DNA of 63,786 bases, the filler included, from Octopus bimaculoides (lineage: Eukaryota): NCBI RefSeq assembly GCF_001194135.2. It is 4 parts of 4 records of this genome, joined end to end, with 100 filler letters (N's around TTAATTAATTAA, not from the genome) between each part and the next. Parts side by side here need not be neighbours in the genome. Positions count along the whole stretch, not along the records: positions 50,219 to 61,796 come from NC_068982.1; positions 61,897 to 63,786 come from NC_069002.1; 2 more parts are not named here. One strand, given 5' to 3'. Numbering within the stretch: position 1 is the first letter of the stretch; each line of letters begins with the position of its first letter. Positions 50,251 to 63,330 of this stretch are shown one piece after another. The translations under genes and the position numbers were made by a program. The notes beneath the pieces were generated by a model, which did no database searches, was not told where the DNA came from, and saw only the letters and a program-made list of their open reading frames with translations.

Positions 50251-52139
50251 ATGTACAGTTAAATACATAATAGAGATGTCAATAATAGGACATCTAAACC
50301 GCTAGAAGGGGCAGTCAAAATTTAAACCACAATAAGGGATAATTTCGAGAGTGGTGAAAAATAAAAACATTTACCATCTATTTCCTGACCCAAGGTTTGA
50401 AGCTATTTTCAGCAAAATAAAATAATTCACTGGGCCAGCTGTCGTCAGCAGGAAAGCTCAGATTAACATATAAACACGAGGCAATATATAGAACAAGCTT
50501 GGTGCTTATATACCATAATTTTTCATATCTGCTGCGCATGAGCTGCGGTCTTCTTATCGGCAGCAAATGCAAAAAATGCCGATTATCTTCCAGGAATTAG
50601 TCAAAAAATCAATTTTCTCATTATTAATAAATATAAGGGTAGCCAAAGCTTTGCTACCCTGAAATTTAAAAATAATATATATANNNNNNNNNNNNNNNNN
50701 NNNNNNNNNNNNNNNNNNNNNNNNNNNNNNNNNNNNNNNNNNNNNNNNNNNNNNNNNNNNNNNNNNNNNNNNNNNNNNNNNNNNNNNATATATATATTTG
50801 TTTATCTTTACACCAGTGATTTAATGATAATATGGGTGCAAAGTTCCTTTTCATGCATGATATGTAAATAATGTTTTTATCCTTTGGAAATAAAGTTTAT
50901 AAACTCAACGAACACGTATAAGAAAGTTGCGCATTAGGTTTAAAATGGAAAGCTGTCAGTCCTTAAGGACATGCATGAACAAATGCACGCGAAGAAACAC
51001 ACACACACACACATATTTATGAATGTACGTACGTACATAGATATGATTATATACATGCATACATATTCATATGAATATATACACATATGAATATAAGCAT
51101 TTATACATATATACATACATAAACACGCAACTGCATGACCACAATCACACAAACTTTTGCATATACATTCATCGTGTGTGTTTCGGTGGTATAGCCAGCA
51201 AAACAGCACAGACAGCACCATAACGTATGGAGGGTTCTATTATTTCGCAGACATATACCATTCAGTTCTCTGATGTAATAAACATAATGTTATGTTTCAC
51301 AAGCATGGCCGCAGTCTAATGATAGAAACAAGTAGAATATAAAAGCTATACACACTCACACACAGATATGTGTATATATACATGTGTACGTGTGTGTGAG
51401 TGGGTAGCATATTTCCCTACGGTTCTGTCAACCAAATCCAGTCGCACTGTTTTAGTCAGTCCTAGACTGTATTAAAACAAACTTGCCAAATGTGCCATGA
51501 AATGGGCCTGAACGTGCAACCATATGAGACTTGTTTCGGCATCGCTATGTCTGCATGCATAAATAGAAGCTATTCTGTATCATTTTGATTTTAATCAATT
51601 TCATTGGAATATAACTGAGAAGCGAGGTTACAGAAATGACATTTGCTGAACATGCAACAGTCAAGGATCGACTACGTGACCGCATGATTAAAATCCAAAG
51701 TTGTTAATCTCTCCAGCATTGTGACGTATGCGTATGCATGCACAAACACAAGCGTGCGGGCTCATATATACACGAATACAGAAAATGGGTTAGTTTGTAA
51801 TTTCTTGAGCATTTGTCATTATATTTTTTATGTCTTTTTATATATATTTAAAGCATGTTGATGAACAGAATCAAAGTTCACAAGCAATCAATATGAAAAA
51901 TAAATAATTCAAATACTTCTCATCATTTCCAAAACAATACTACTATTGCAGGTTTACATATAATAAGTATATACTCAATAAATACAAATGTATGTAAATA
52001 TGTATATACACACATAAACCCATAAACACAAACACACACACACACACACATGTATGTACATATGTATATACACGCATACACCCACAAGCACACACATACG
52101 CACGCACACATACACACACACACGCACGCACACACACAT

Positions 52140-52208
<69 letters not shown>

Positions 52209-52819
52209 TAAATATATACGTATGCATGTGTGTAATCAGGATTATTTGGCAATACATAAATATCATTACATAAACAAAACATAAACGCCTACACGCGTGT
52301 TCTGGTGTGAGAATTTACATAAGTGTGTGTCTGTGTAGAAAATTGTAAGTACTCGATTATATGGGCGTTGTGAAATCTACTTAATTGATAAGGTTGGATT
52401 TTATGATGTATTCAACTATAAATTGAGCCATATTCGAATAACGTACAACATTATTTTATTTACAAAGCAAAGTTTATGAATTTCCTAAACGTATTCATTA
52501 TAAAACCGTGATATATCATAAAACGTTAAATCAATACACCATGTAAGTCCTTAATTACGATAGCTATTGCATTCTAATTCGAATGGAGGACATTGAAGTT
52601 TACAATCATAGCTTTATTGATGCCAGGAGAATACTTGCACATTTTTATACTCATGTATATGTATGTATACACACGTCTATATGTTATATATGAATACACA
52701 CAAGTAAAGGCATAAATAAACTACGCACATGTGCACACGCACGCACATATATACACATATTATTATATACATAAATACACATATATCTATTCTTCAATCT
52801 ATTTATCTACCTGTGTTCT

Positions 52820-52910
52820 TTTATGTTGAAGAGTGTAGGCTCGAAACGTAAAATACTTTCTCACTTTCCCGTCAAACTAATACACCTGCTTGTTATTTAT
52901 ACACCTGTCT
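52820..52910 (+). mobile_element. Penelope-like terminal-repeat fragment with a degenerate minimal hammerhead motif; inverted homolog at ~56575-56670
   Basis: TTGAAGAGTGTAGGCTCGAAACGT...CTTTCCCG...TAATACACCTGCTT; the minus-strand copy reads TCGAGGAGCGCAGGCTCGAAACCT...TTTCCCGAAG...TAATACACCTGCTT. Confidence 0.5.
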
Positions 52911-53170
52911 GATAGTTTTATAATCCCTCATACTAAATGATAATTTTAAATCTTGCTTTATATGAATACATTTCCTCAACAGCCAACTTCTTCGAACATT
53001 GCATATGAACATTTGGACAAAATGTTCTTCATTATTTCGCTGATCATTTATTATTATCATTTCGAAGAAGGCTACTTATGTGACTGTATACACGTAGCGT
53101 ATTAAACATACAAATTCATACGCTCGCATGTTTTCTTGTAACCAAAGAAAGAAACATACAGCTATAAATA

Positions 53171-53204
<34 letters not shown>

Positions 53205-53784
53205 CGTAAATGGTTGAAGAGGAACACACGAGTAGATATATATATGGAAAAAGGACAAAGAAGAAGATGCTAAGATACTTTTATAAAGATCATTACAGAA
53301 CCGGTTTCGATCCTTGAGATCTTTGCAACAGTAAATATGAATAATGAATTTTTGAAAAATTAAATTTTGGTAAATTTAAAAGAAACGTCTTTTTATAGAC
53401 ATATTTGTATAGTATTCAAATAACAGGGGCATTTTTGTTATTTCTGCCTGTTTCTGTTTCACTTGTTAACTCTTGTGGGTTCGCAGAAGGAGTGCTATGA
53501 TAGTAGCAGAGAGTTAATTGGTTGGGTGTCCTGACATTGACCTGTTGATAGTTGTAGTGATCTGTATTGTTTATAATGTTTGCGTAGGTGTTATTCTAAA
53601 CAGCAGTAATAGTAATAAAATAAGGGAGGAGGTGGTGGAAATGAAGAAGATGACGCAGAAGATGAAGAATGGGGAGAAGAAGAGAAATAATAAAATGCAA
53701 GATAGTGTGATAGTAACTAGTCGAGTAGGTAGTGATTGGGGTTTTTTCTAAAAATATTAAAAAAACAACCCAGCGTTCATTAGA

Positions 53785-54605
53785 AATCTAATGCTGGAAA
53801 ATTTCAAGTACTCAACTATCAGTTCACAAATGCACGACAACCTGCATATACAGGGCCCGAAGGCAATGCAATCACAGTGTGACAGGCAATGTAGGTCTTT
53901 GTGATCAGTACTGTGTAATGATGCATCATTTCATACGCATATTACTAAGACGGCAGCACTTTGAACGATGGCAGCAAACTGCAGACAACAGGAAGGATGG
54001 ATACTAAGATCCATCAAGATAAGGGAGCAAAATGCTATGATGACCTTGTGGAATTTGAAGCGTTTCAACTTCACTATATTAAGAAGATTGTTGCAGTGCA
54101 GCAGATGGGCTACAGATTGGCTCCCTTATGCGAAAGGTTAGGTTATGTAATAATCTATATAGGGAAATCTCTAGAAGGGCCTATTTCTGAATTGAGTGCT
54201 ATACAAATGAGAGAACAAAGAGCATCATCCACTCCATCTAAATTTAGGAACAGGTCAGCAGTAGCTAAGATTTAAAGGGCCATAACTCTTCAATGCCCTA
54301 CCACAAAAGTTAAGAAACCTACATAATGTGGATGAACATGTTTTCAAAAGGGAACTAGACATCCTTCTCTCCGCAATACCTGATGAACCGACCTCTCAGC
54401 ATGAGATACAGCGTAGGGCAGCGAAGTCAAACTCCCGCATGTCACAAATGAGCTAAAAGCTGCGATAAAAGCACATAGTGGTAATGTGAAATCGCCAACC
54501 TAAAGAAACCAGCCGAAGGGTAATCATAAGTAATCTGCATAACCACGATGGGGCTCCAGCATGAGAGCAGCCGTATGGTTGAAGAGAACGAAAGAACAAA
54601 AAGAA
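53785..54605 (+). mobile_element. Decayed CR1/L2-group LINE 3' end (RT C-terminus plus 3' UTR)
   Basis: Frames read AGKFQVLNY, FEAFQLHYIKKIVAVQQMGY...YVIIYIGKSLEG and LRFKGP*LFNALPQKLRNLHNVDEHVFKRELDILLSAIPDEPT...RAAKSNS, typical of post-RT C-termini in invertebrate CR1/L2-group LINEs. Confidence 0.8.
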
Positions 54606-55622
54606 TTATATGTGTAAGTTTAGGAATATATTGTATATCTTACGATTTACTGAGGGATGGTGGAGAAGCATGACAGTTACTAACATTGGAGAAACGGCAA
54701 GCAGCATAGGAGAGCATATTGTTGGGCACTGGCGCGTACTCAAAGAAGAAAAAGCATCGTCAGTGCCCTACCAACATGATCAAGCAGAACATAGAATCTA
54801 AATCAATAGCATAGAGGTCAAAGGCATAGAAATGAGCCGACAGTTAGTAAGATCCCAGAAGCTACACACATAGCAACAAACAGATCTAGCCTTAACAGAA
54901 AACAAGAATGAATCAATAACACCCACCACCACACCACACAACATAACGAATAAAGACTGAATGGAATAACAAAACAAGAAAAAACACATACAATAGACAT
55001 ATATGCACATACCAATGACAAATATACAAAAAAGTAGAGATATAAAAAAACTGCATTAAGGACACGGATGCAAACAACGTAGGAAGCGAACTTATATACA
55101 CACACAAAGACACATACAGTAACTTCACAGACGACCGCAACTATAACAGCAACACGACTAACATCAATGGCAACAACAAAACTATAACAACTAACACGAT
55201 GGCATCAGCGTGGGCGAACATACAAAAGCAATGAGTTAGAAGGGCGGTACAAAATGTCGGGTACAAGAGCAGTAGCAGCTGCAACGGGGTAGGGGACGGA
55301 GATAAAGAGAGGGTCATAGTGCTATTGAGAACAATGACACATACACGCACGCGCATACACACACACAAACGCATGCATATATAAGTATCAATATAGAGGA
55401 AGAAATGGAATAATCGGACCAAGAGCATACAGGAAGATGGAAAGCGTGATGGATGAAGTCCGGATAATGGACATGAGTTAGAAGAACAACAATAAACGAC
55501 TGAAGAAAGAATATAGAGTGCATATGTTTATTTCACAGAATAAAGAAAATAACATAAAACCATACGAAATACAATAATATCTGTTTCAACACACGACTTC
55601 ACGTCAGGAATATTGCAACACA

Positions 55623-55659
<37 letters not shown>

Positions 55660-55674
55660 ACACACACACACACA

Positions 55675-55710
<36 letters not shown>

Positions 55711-56467
55711 CACACATATATGTATGAGGCATTTTAGTGAGATATTCAGTGTTTCGCCACCGAAGTTGTTTCATTAAATTATATTTCCATTTCTTTTCCA
55801 TGATATGTATTCATAGATTATAATGTTGTTTCTTGTGGCAACACTAATTGCATTATACATCCCTCTGAAACACAGACAATGTCCACATTCAATTGGTGTC
55901 GACAAATAATTATAAGCAGATAAATAGAAATATGTTAAAATTCAATCAAACAAAAATTGATACGTTCTCACAATCCAATCAACCCCGCATTTTTTAAATG
56001 CATTTAAGTATGTTATGTAGCTATGCATATATTTATATGTCTTTGTAAACACATATATATGTATGTTTGTGTGTGTATTTTTGTATGTGTTGGTAAGTAT
56101 ATGCGTATATGACTTTGTTGTTTTCGCATACATTTTGGAATTCAAGAGATTTTTTTTTAGCTTTGTATAATAAGGTGGCTCTACGTTTATGAAAATGTAA
56201 AATAGGCTTCAAATAATGAGTGCGTTGAAATGTATTTTTTCATAGAACATCATATTGATTAAATCGGTGAAGTAAAGAATATAGTCATTCTATATAAATT
56301 TTATGTATTTGACTTTCGATTAAATGCGAAGTTTAATGTCTCGTTTGGCTGGTGACGTGAAAGAGATGTACTAATGTACTAAATATTTTATGTTGTATGG
56401 TGTTACTAATAAAGATATAAATGTTTTGGAGCAATTACCCAACAGAAAATGTTACACACACACACAA

Positions 56468-56549
<82 letters not shown>

Positions 56550-58404
56550 CAAATTAAAATTGAAACGAAAGACGAAGACAAGTAAGCAACAAGAAGCAGG
56601 TGTATTACTTTAATCTTCGGGAAAATGCAAACGCCCTTGAGGTTTCGAGCCTGCGCTCCTCGACAGAGAGGATAGAGAGGCAAAAAAAAAAAAATAACGA
56701 AAGAGAACGAAAAGAAAATCGAGGAGAGAAAAAAATGTGTAGGGGTTAAAAGTTCAACGTGATGAAATGGTCAGAAGAAAGAAGCTGAAGGAAATTTAGA
56801 TAATAATGGTGACCCGGCAGAACTAGAGTACGTAAAGGCGTGTATGTATGCGAAAATGGCGTGTGTGAGTGTATCTCTGTGTATGGGGTCAAGTACCAGT
56901 GAATGTATGTGTGAGCGAGCTTAAAATTATGTGGTCTCGTGCGTGTATATGTGTATAAGTAAACTTGTGCGTACATTTTGTTGAGTGATGTGTGTTTTAT
57001 GTACTGGTGTGTATGTGTGTGTGTCTGTGTGCGTGCATATGGACGTGTGTGCATGCATATGGACGTGTGTGCATATGTGTGTTTGTGTACAGAAGTGCAT
57101 GGGCCTGTGTATATGTAAGAGATAGCTTGTGTGTGTGTACAAGTAAAATGTTACGTGCGTTGTGAGAAGTGACGTGCATTTCATGTATCTGTGTCCATGT
57201 GCGTACATATGGACGAGTCTAAATGTGTGCGATATTATTGTGCATGTGTATGCGCGAGTATATTGCGTGAGTGTGTGTGTGTGCGCGTGCGTGCACACGT
57301 TTGCGTTTAGCAGTTGATTGTTAACGTTCAGCATAGACATTGAGCCTCTCTTATTTGTAACCACCATATATTTTATCCTCACCTTTCAATAGCTTATTAA
57401 CCTTCGGGCCCCAATTGCTGCTCATGAGATGTCTTACTCAGCTAGGAACCTGCCTCATTATACAAACAACTCCTCTTCACGCAGTTATCAGCTAGCCTTG
57501 GATTTCGACTATCCAACGTTGTTGTTGGGAATTTCAAAGTAGTGAATTGGTTTTGCATTTCCACCGTAGCGTAATGGTGGTATTTAAGGTTATTATAAAC
57601 GACCACCACTACATTAGGATCTGCTGTTGCCCATAATTTAAGAATCATCGGTTAAGACAGCACTGCAACACTGCTGCCTGGTGCAGGGAATGGTTTGTCA
57701 TAATTAAAGGCGATCTGGAATGATTATACTGCAGCATCGTCCTTTTTTAATGATCCTGTTAGTGCTTTCCCAACAGCATCCGTGCTCTGTTATTGCCGTG
57801 GTTCCTCTTTCATTCCTAAGTTATGGCATGTAGAAGATACGTGGGAATTATCATTTTAAAGCCGCATCCCCAGGCTGAAGTGTAGAACAATATGGGCAAA
57901 CATTCACGGTCATATATTTTCTAATATAACGCTGAATATCATATATAGTTTCATAAATTTAATAGTTATTTATGCATGGTAATGTTGAGTTCTGAGTTAT
58001 AAGGGAACATCATAAACTATTGTTTTTAGAGACAAGACAACAATATTTTTACTACATGTACGAAAATAACATCTTGCCTCTACGCGTTTCTTTCCTAAAA
58101 ATGCACGCACTATAAGCGAACCAGCCAAAGCCTCTAAGTTTGCACGGTTAATGTCTTTGGTTTTACTTTTTATTATATATTTTCTTATACCGTTATCAAT
58201 GTACATAGATATTGTGTATATATGTTAACTCTCAGTGATGTAGCTATCCCAAGCAGATATTTGTTTGTAAATGATATTATCATACAGAAAGCTATTTTCC
58301 TAATTCTACTTGTAATATTTTCATGAGAACCCATCTATATTGAATTTCATACACATTCTATCGCTCTTATTAAAGACCTATATATGAGTTTGAACAAATA
58401 TTCT

Positions 58405-58737
58405 TTTATTCTTTTATTCTTTTACTTCTTTCAGTCATTTGACTGCGGCTATGCTGAGGTACCGCCTTTAGTCGAGCAAATCGACCACAGGACTTATTCT
58501 TTGTAAGCCTAGTACTTATTCTATCGGTAGATTTTGCCGAACCGCTAAATTACGGGGACGTAAACACACCAGCATCGGTTGTAAAGCGATGTTGGGGGAA
58601 TAGACACAGACACACACACACACACACACACACANNNNNNNNNNNNNNNNNNNNNNNNNNNNNNNNNNNNNNNNNNNNNNNNNNNNNNNNNNNNNNNNNN
58701 NNNNNNNNNNNNNNNNNNNNNNNNNNNNNNNNNNNNN

Positions 58738-58770
<33 letters not shown>

Positions 58771-58915
58771 TACGACGGGCTTATTTCAGTTTCCGTCTAT
58801 CAAATCCACTCACAAGGCTTTGAACGGCCCAAGGCTATAGTAGGTGCCACGGAGTTGGGCTGAACCCAGAACCATGTGGTTGGTAAGCAAGCTAATTATC
58901 ACAAAGTCAATCCTG
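58405..58915 (-). mobile_element. SINE family B spanning a gap
   Basis: Tail CAGTCATTTGACTGCGGCTATG; head AACCATGTGGTTGGTAAGCAAGC. Confidence 0.85.
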
Positions 58916-61896
58916 TTTACATAAATATTATAGATCAGGAAATATTATATTTATTACATAAATATTATAGATCAGTAAAGGACCTTATTAATAAAGGCTA
59001 ACAACCTTTTAACGACCAATAGAATGAAATACTCCAGAAAACCAAGAAATATATCGACGTTGTAACTAAATAACTCTTAATCAGGTTTATTGTATGACAA
59101 ACATCTACCAATATCGTTTACATAAAGTAGCTATCATGCCGGGTAGGGAGGCTGAGAAGCAATATTCATCTTGAGAATATTAGAAATCGGAGTGAAAAAA
59201 AAAAGAAAAGAAAAAAATGTAAGTACAAGGAATTTTAAGCAACTTCTAACTTATTAAAACTTACGATACTTTGTGATATATTATGAAAAAAAAAATGCCA
59301 CAAACTTTAAAACAAAGAATTCAGCAACCATTTTCGCTATTATGACTGTCGTGCTGTTGAAAATGAAACAAGACAATTTCAACAAGCGGAACCGCTAGTT
59401 CTAATGTCTTTCTAAGAGATACTATGCACATATCAACGCTAAACGTATTGTGCGAAGTGTAAGGGAGCATGATTACAGAAGTGTAATTAATCCAGTGGGA
59501 TAAACATATTAATTTTTCGTAGCGTAGGAAAACAATTTGTCATTTATGAAAACTTAACGAAACTATGTACACGGAAGTGGGTATAAAAGCAAAATATCAT
59601 TTCTGTAAGAGAAATGGAATATTTCTTCTATAATTGTTGGTAATCATACACAATCTCCTAAATGGTTACGTTCAGAAATGATCAATAGATTTCAAATGAT
59701 TAAGATAAAAATAAAATAATAATACAATTATCATATAGTAATTAGTATGAGGCTCTCTAACATCAACCACTGAATGAGACGGCTGCCTAAATTTATGATC
59801 TTAATGAATACGCATTGCTTTACAGTAAGATATTCAGCAGAGGAATTAGGATACTTTTATGGCGTTATAATATTATCAAAAGTGAGAAATGAGAGATTAC
59901 TGCAAGAGGACAATGATTATGCACAGTAGAAACTAACTGTTAATTGAACAGAGAAGTATGCAACACATTATACGTTTGTTACATCTGGTAATGTCGTATG
60001 CGACATGGGCTTTGAACATGGTATGTTGAAAATTGAATTTGGAATTATTTCTTTGATGATAACTGTAGCTGTTGCTCTAGAAGGTTTATTCTTCATTTTG
60101 TCACATCAGTATTCATTCGCTGTGCAAAATACTTCACGTGTATCTTCACATCAAATATCTATTTTATCCCTTGAAATTGCCTTGTTGTTCAATTTCCTAG
60201 ACCGTTTTATGTTATATCCATATATAAGAAGTTTGTCCCTTCAGTCTCCGAGAACCAAATGTACTTGGGTTTCCATTATCTTAACTTTGTGTGTTATTGA
60301 AAATACTGACACCGCGTCAATCAAATAAATGTGGTAAATACATAAGAGTACGACATTTTTGTGATATCATTCCACACATATTACGTAGAGAAATTGTTAT
60401 TATGCGTTCATAAGTCTTTTATTGGGTTTCAATCATTTTCCCGCTGGAGAAAGGCGAAATATATTTTGCTACCTTTTTTTTTTTTATGAGAGTTTTGCGT
60501 CAATTGTTTTGCATGTTTGTATGTTCGTAGGTGTTTTTTTCTGGACGTAAAGCTGAAATTCAGATGCTCTTTAAGTACTGAGTTCAATATTTCCAACTGT
60601 GGTTGTTGTCTTATTATTTCTCCGGATTATTAAATGAATGCCGTTCTGCGGTATATTCATTCATTTTTTATGCTGGTATGTCTGTAAGGATATTATTTCC
60701 TGACGACCATATCAATATAAAGTTGTAACTAGAAACCATTTTCAATATGCAATAACTCAAGGAGAATATACCGCGTTCTATAAGCTGATATGTTATTTAT
60801 ATACCCTGAACACATACACACAATGACATACATGGATTACACTGTCGCATTCATCGCAACTCATGTTCAGACAGAGCCGAGAAATTTGTTAAAAGTAAAA
60901 AAAATCTACTTTGGTAAACTCGAGTCATAGTTTGATATCGCACAATGTTATAATTATATGTGCCCCTGTCACTATTGTAGACAATATATTCGAAAGCCAG
61001 TTCGGTTTACCTTGAAAATGGATTGACACTAACTACAATATAACTATAAATGTCCCAGTCAATGCTACTTCATTAAGAGCTCGTCTACAGAAACTAGGTA
61101 TACCCAGAAATATACTAGCCGGCGAAAAAAAGAGTTTCATGTCCAATATGTCAACGAAATTTAGTAAACATAAATTATTGAATTTCAGCTGAGCAGTATT
61201 AACGCCAACTACGAAAGTGCATGATAGCGCCGAAATAATTGATCTGGAATTTAGACTTAATAAATAAAAAAAAAGCTGTATGTCATACATCTGGGGATTT
61301 TATGCTTGACAGAAAAGTAGGTTAGTTAGAACGATAACCTGAAATAAGATGGCAAACATTAGCAATTTCAAAGTAGAATATCTACCATAATCGAGAGTGA
61401 ATCATTCTGCGTTTATACGATATGCGTATAACGCATATTTCAAATATCGTTGATATTCCATCATAAAATATTGACAATACTTATAATTTACTTTAACACG
61501 CATAGATGTTATGCAAATTTAATAAGTTACAATCTCCATTTATAACCAACATAATACATTGTTCCATTCCGTAAGTATACAGATTGAAGCTCATACGCAT
61601 ACAACATTTTTCTAGATTACTTCATGAAGCATCTTCCCATTATCGCTTCAGACGCCGTATAACTTCAATGAATGCATGGCGTCAAATTTGTTACTAGATT
61701 GCCACCGAAAACTGTTATACATACATAAATACATACATACATACATAAGCGTGTGCATGTGTGCGTGCGTATATATATATATATATATATATATATNNNN
61801 NNNNNNNNNNNNNNNNNNNNNNNNNNNNNNNNNNNNNNNNTTAATTAATTAANNNNNNNNNNNNNNNNNNNNNNNNNNNNNNNNNNNNNNNNNNNN

Positions 61897-62256
61897 CAAT
61901 ACCAGCAGATGACAACGTTTCTCTAAAAGAAATGGAAAAACTTTCAAAATACAAAGACCTGGAAATAGAGATAACTCGAATGTGGAATCTAAAAACAGAA
62001 ACAATTCCTATCATAGTAGGTGCCTTAGGTATAATAAAAAAATATTCAGACAAATATATAACAAAAATACCAGGACTTACAAATATATATAACATACAGA
62101 AAATTGCACTACTGGGTACTGCACACATTCTACGCAAAACACTTTTAATACAGTAAACATAAGAGCACCACAGCAAACCACAGCACATACCCAAGGCACA
62201 CAGAGCTGCGCTCGGTAGTGAAGTGAAAGCACGTTATAAAAATAAAACTACTGAAC
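61897..62256 (+). mobile_element. Dong/R4-like LINE 3' end: restriction-like endonuclease C-terminus plus 3' UTR
   Basis: Open frame IPADDNVSLKEMEKLSKYKDLEIEITRMWNLKTETIPIIVGALG...IQKIALLGTAHILRKTLLIQ* (KxxKYxDL, PIIVGALG and QKxALLGT motifs of R4-clade RLE domains), followed by (AAT)n. Confidence 0.9.
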
Positions 62257-62273
62257 AATAATAATAATAATAA

Positions 62274-62827
62274 ATGCCCAGATGCAGTACCAGGCAATGG
62301 TTCTTATGGCTTCTGATCTTAATTGATTGGAAGTGTTATCATATACATTGTTTTGTCTTGGTATAAAAGATGGGCTACAATAAATATTCTGCTCAATACC
62401 ACAGATTTGTTTGTCAGTTGTTTGACCTTAACCAGTTGAGCATGTCCCTTAGTGGCTGACGATATGTGCATCTCTGATCATGAGCAGAAGTAGTGGGGGA
62501 GCATCATAGCCATGTGTTGAGAGGAACTCTTTGGAGTTTGAATAATTCACCTTTGGAAACATGGGTGTTTCATTCAACATTCTAAAACAACCCTTATTCA
62601 GGGACTTTTTGAGCGGAATGGGCTACTCGATCTGAAGAAAATTCTAACTGGGCGCCACCTGCAAGGTCACGTGCTGTTTATCTTGATATGAGATCACCAT
62701 GTCGCGCACATATGGTTGTGATGCATGTGCCTGGTGTACCCTTATCAGACGGGTAGTCATGATGGGTATAATGGGCTTCGTATATTTTACCCCAGTGTCA
62801 CTTTGATGGCATGCACCGCTCTCACTC
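62274..62827. mobile_element. Unclassified 554-bp element bounded by (AAT)n on both sides
   Basis: Non-repetitive, GC-richer block ATGCCCAGATGCAG...GCACCGCTCTCACTC between AAT tracts at 62257-62273 and 62828-62880; only one copy in this window. Confidence 0.5.
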
Positions 62828-62880
<53 letters not shown>

Positions 62881-62882
<2 letters not shown>

Positions 62883-63318
62883 GTTTCAAATTTTGGCACA
62901 AGACCAGCATTTTCAGGGAAGTAAGTAAGTCGATCATATCGACCCCAATTCTTAACTGGCACTTATTTTATCGGGCTCAAAAGGATGAGTCGACCTCGGC
63001 GGAATTTAAAATATGTACGTAAAGACGGACGAAATGCCGTTATGCATTTTGCCCGACATGTTAGCAATTCTTCCAGCTCACCGCCTTAATAATTATAATA
63101 ATAATCCTTTCTACTAAAGGCACAAGCCTGAAGTTTGCGGGAGGGGGGACTAGTCAGTCACATCGATCCCAATGTTTCACTGGTACTTAATTTATCGACT
63201 TCAAAGGAATGAAAGGCAAAGTCGACCTCGACAGAATTTGAATTTAGAACGTAAAGACGAACGAAATGCCGCTATGTATTTTGCTCGGCGTGCTAACGGT
63301 TCTTCCAGCTCGCCGCCT
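62881..63318 (-). mobile_element. Two head-to-tail SINE A2 copies
   Basis: GTCGACCTCGGCGGAATTT at ~62990 and GGCAAAGTCGACCTCGACAGAATTTG at ~63215; heads CCAGCTCACCGCCTT and CCAGCTCGCCGCCTT. Confidence 0.85.
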
Positions 63319-63330
63319 TGATAAAAGTCC

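Noticed and set aside
57442-57800. Pseudogene in a GC-richer patch (also the 107-aa ORF at 60005-60328)
   Set aside because: Stop density is not clearly below chance and no family motif is recognisable.
62881-63318. Dong-like LINE as the mobilising partner of SINE A2
   Set aside because: The tails share no sequence, and Dong ends in (AAT)n on its sense strand whereas A2 ends in (ATT)n, the opposite orientation.
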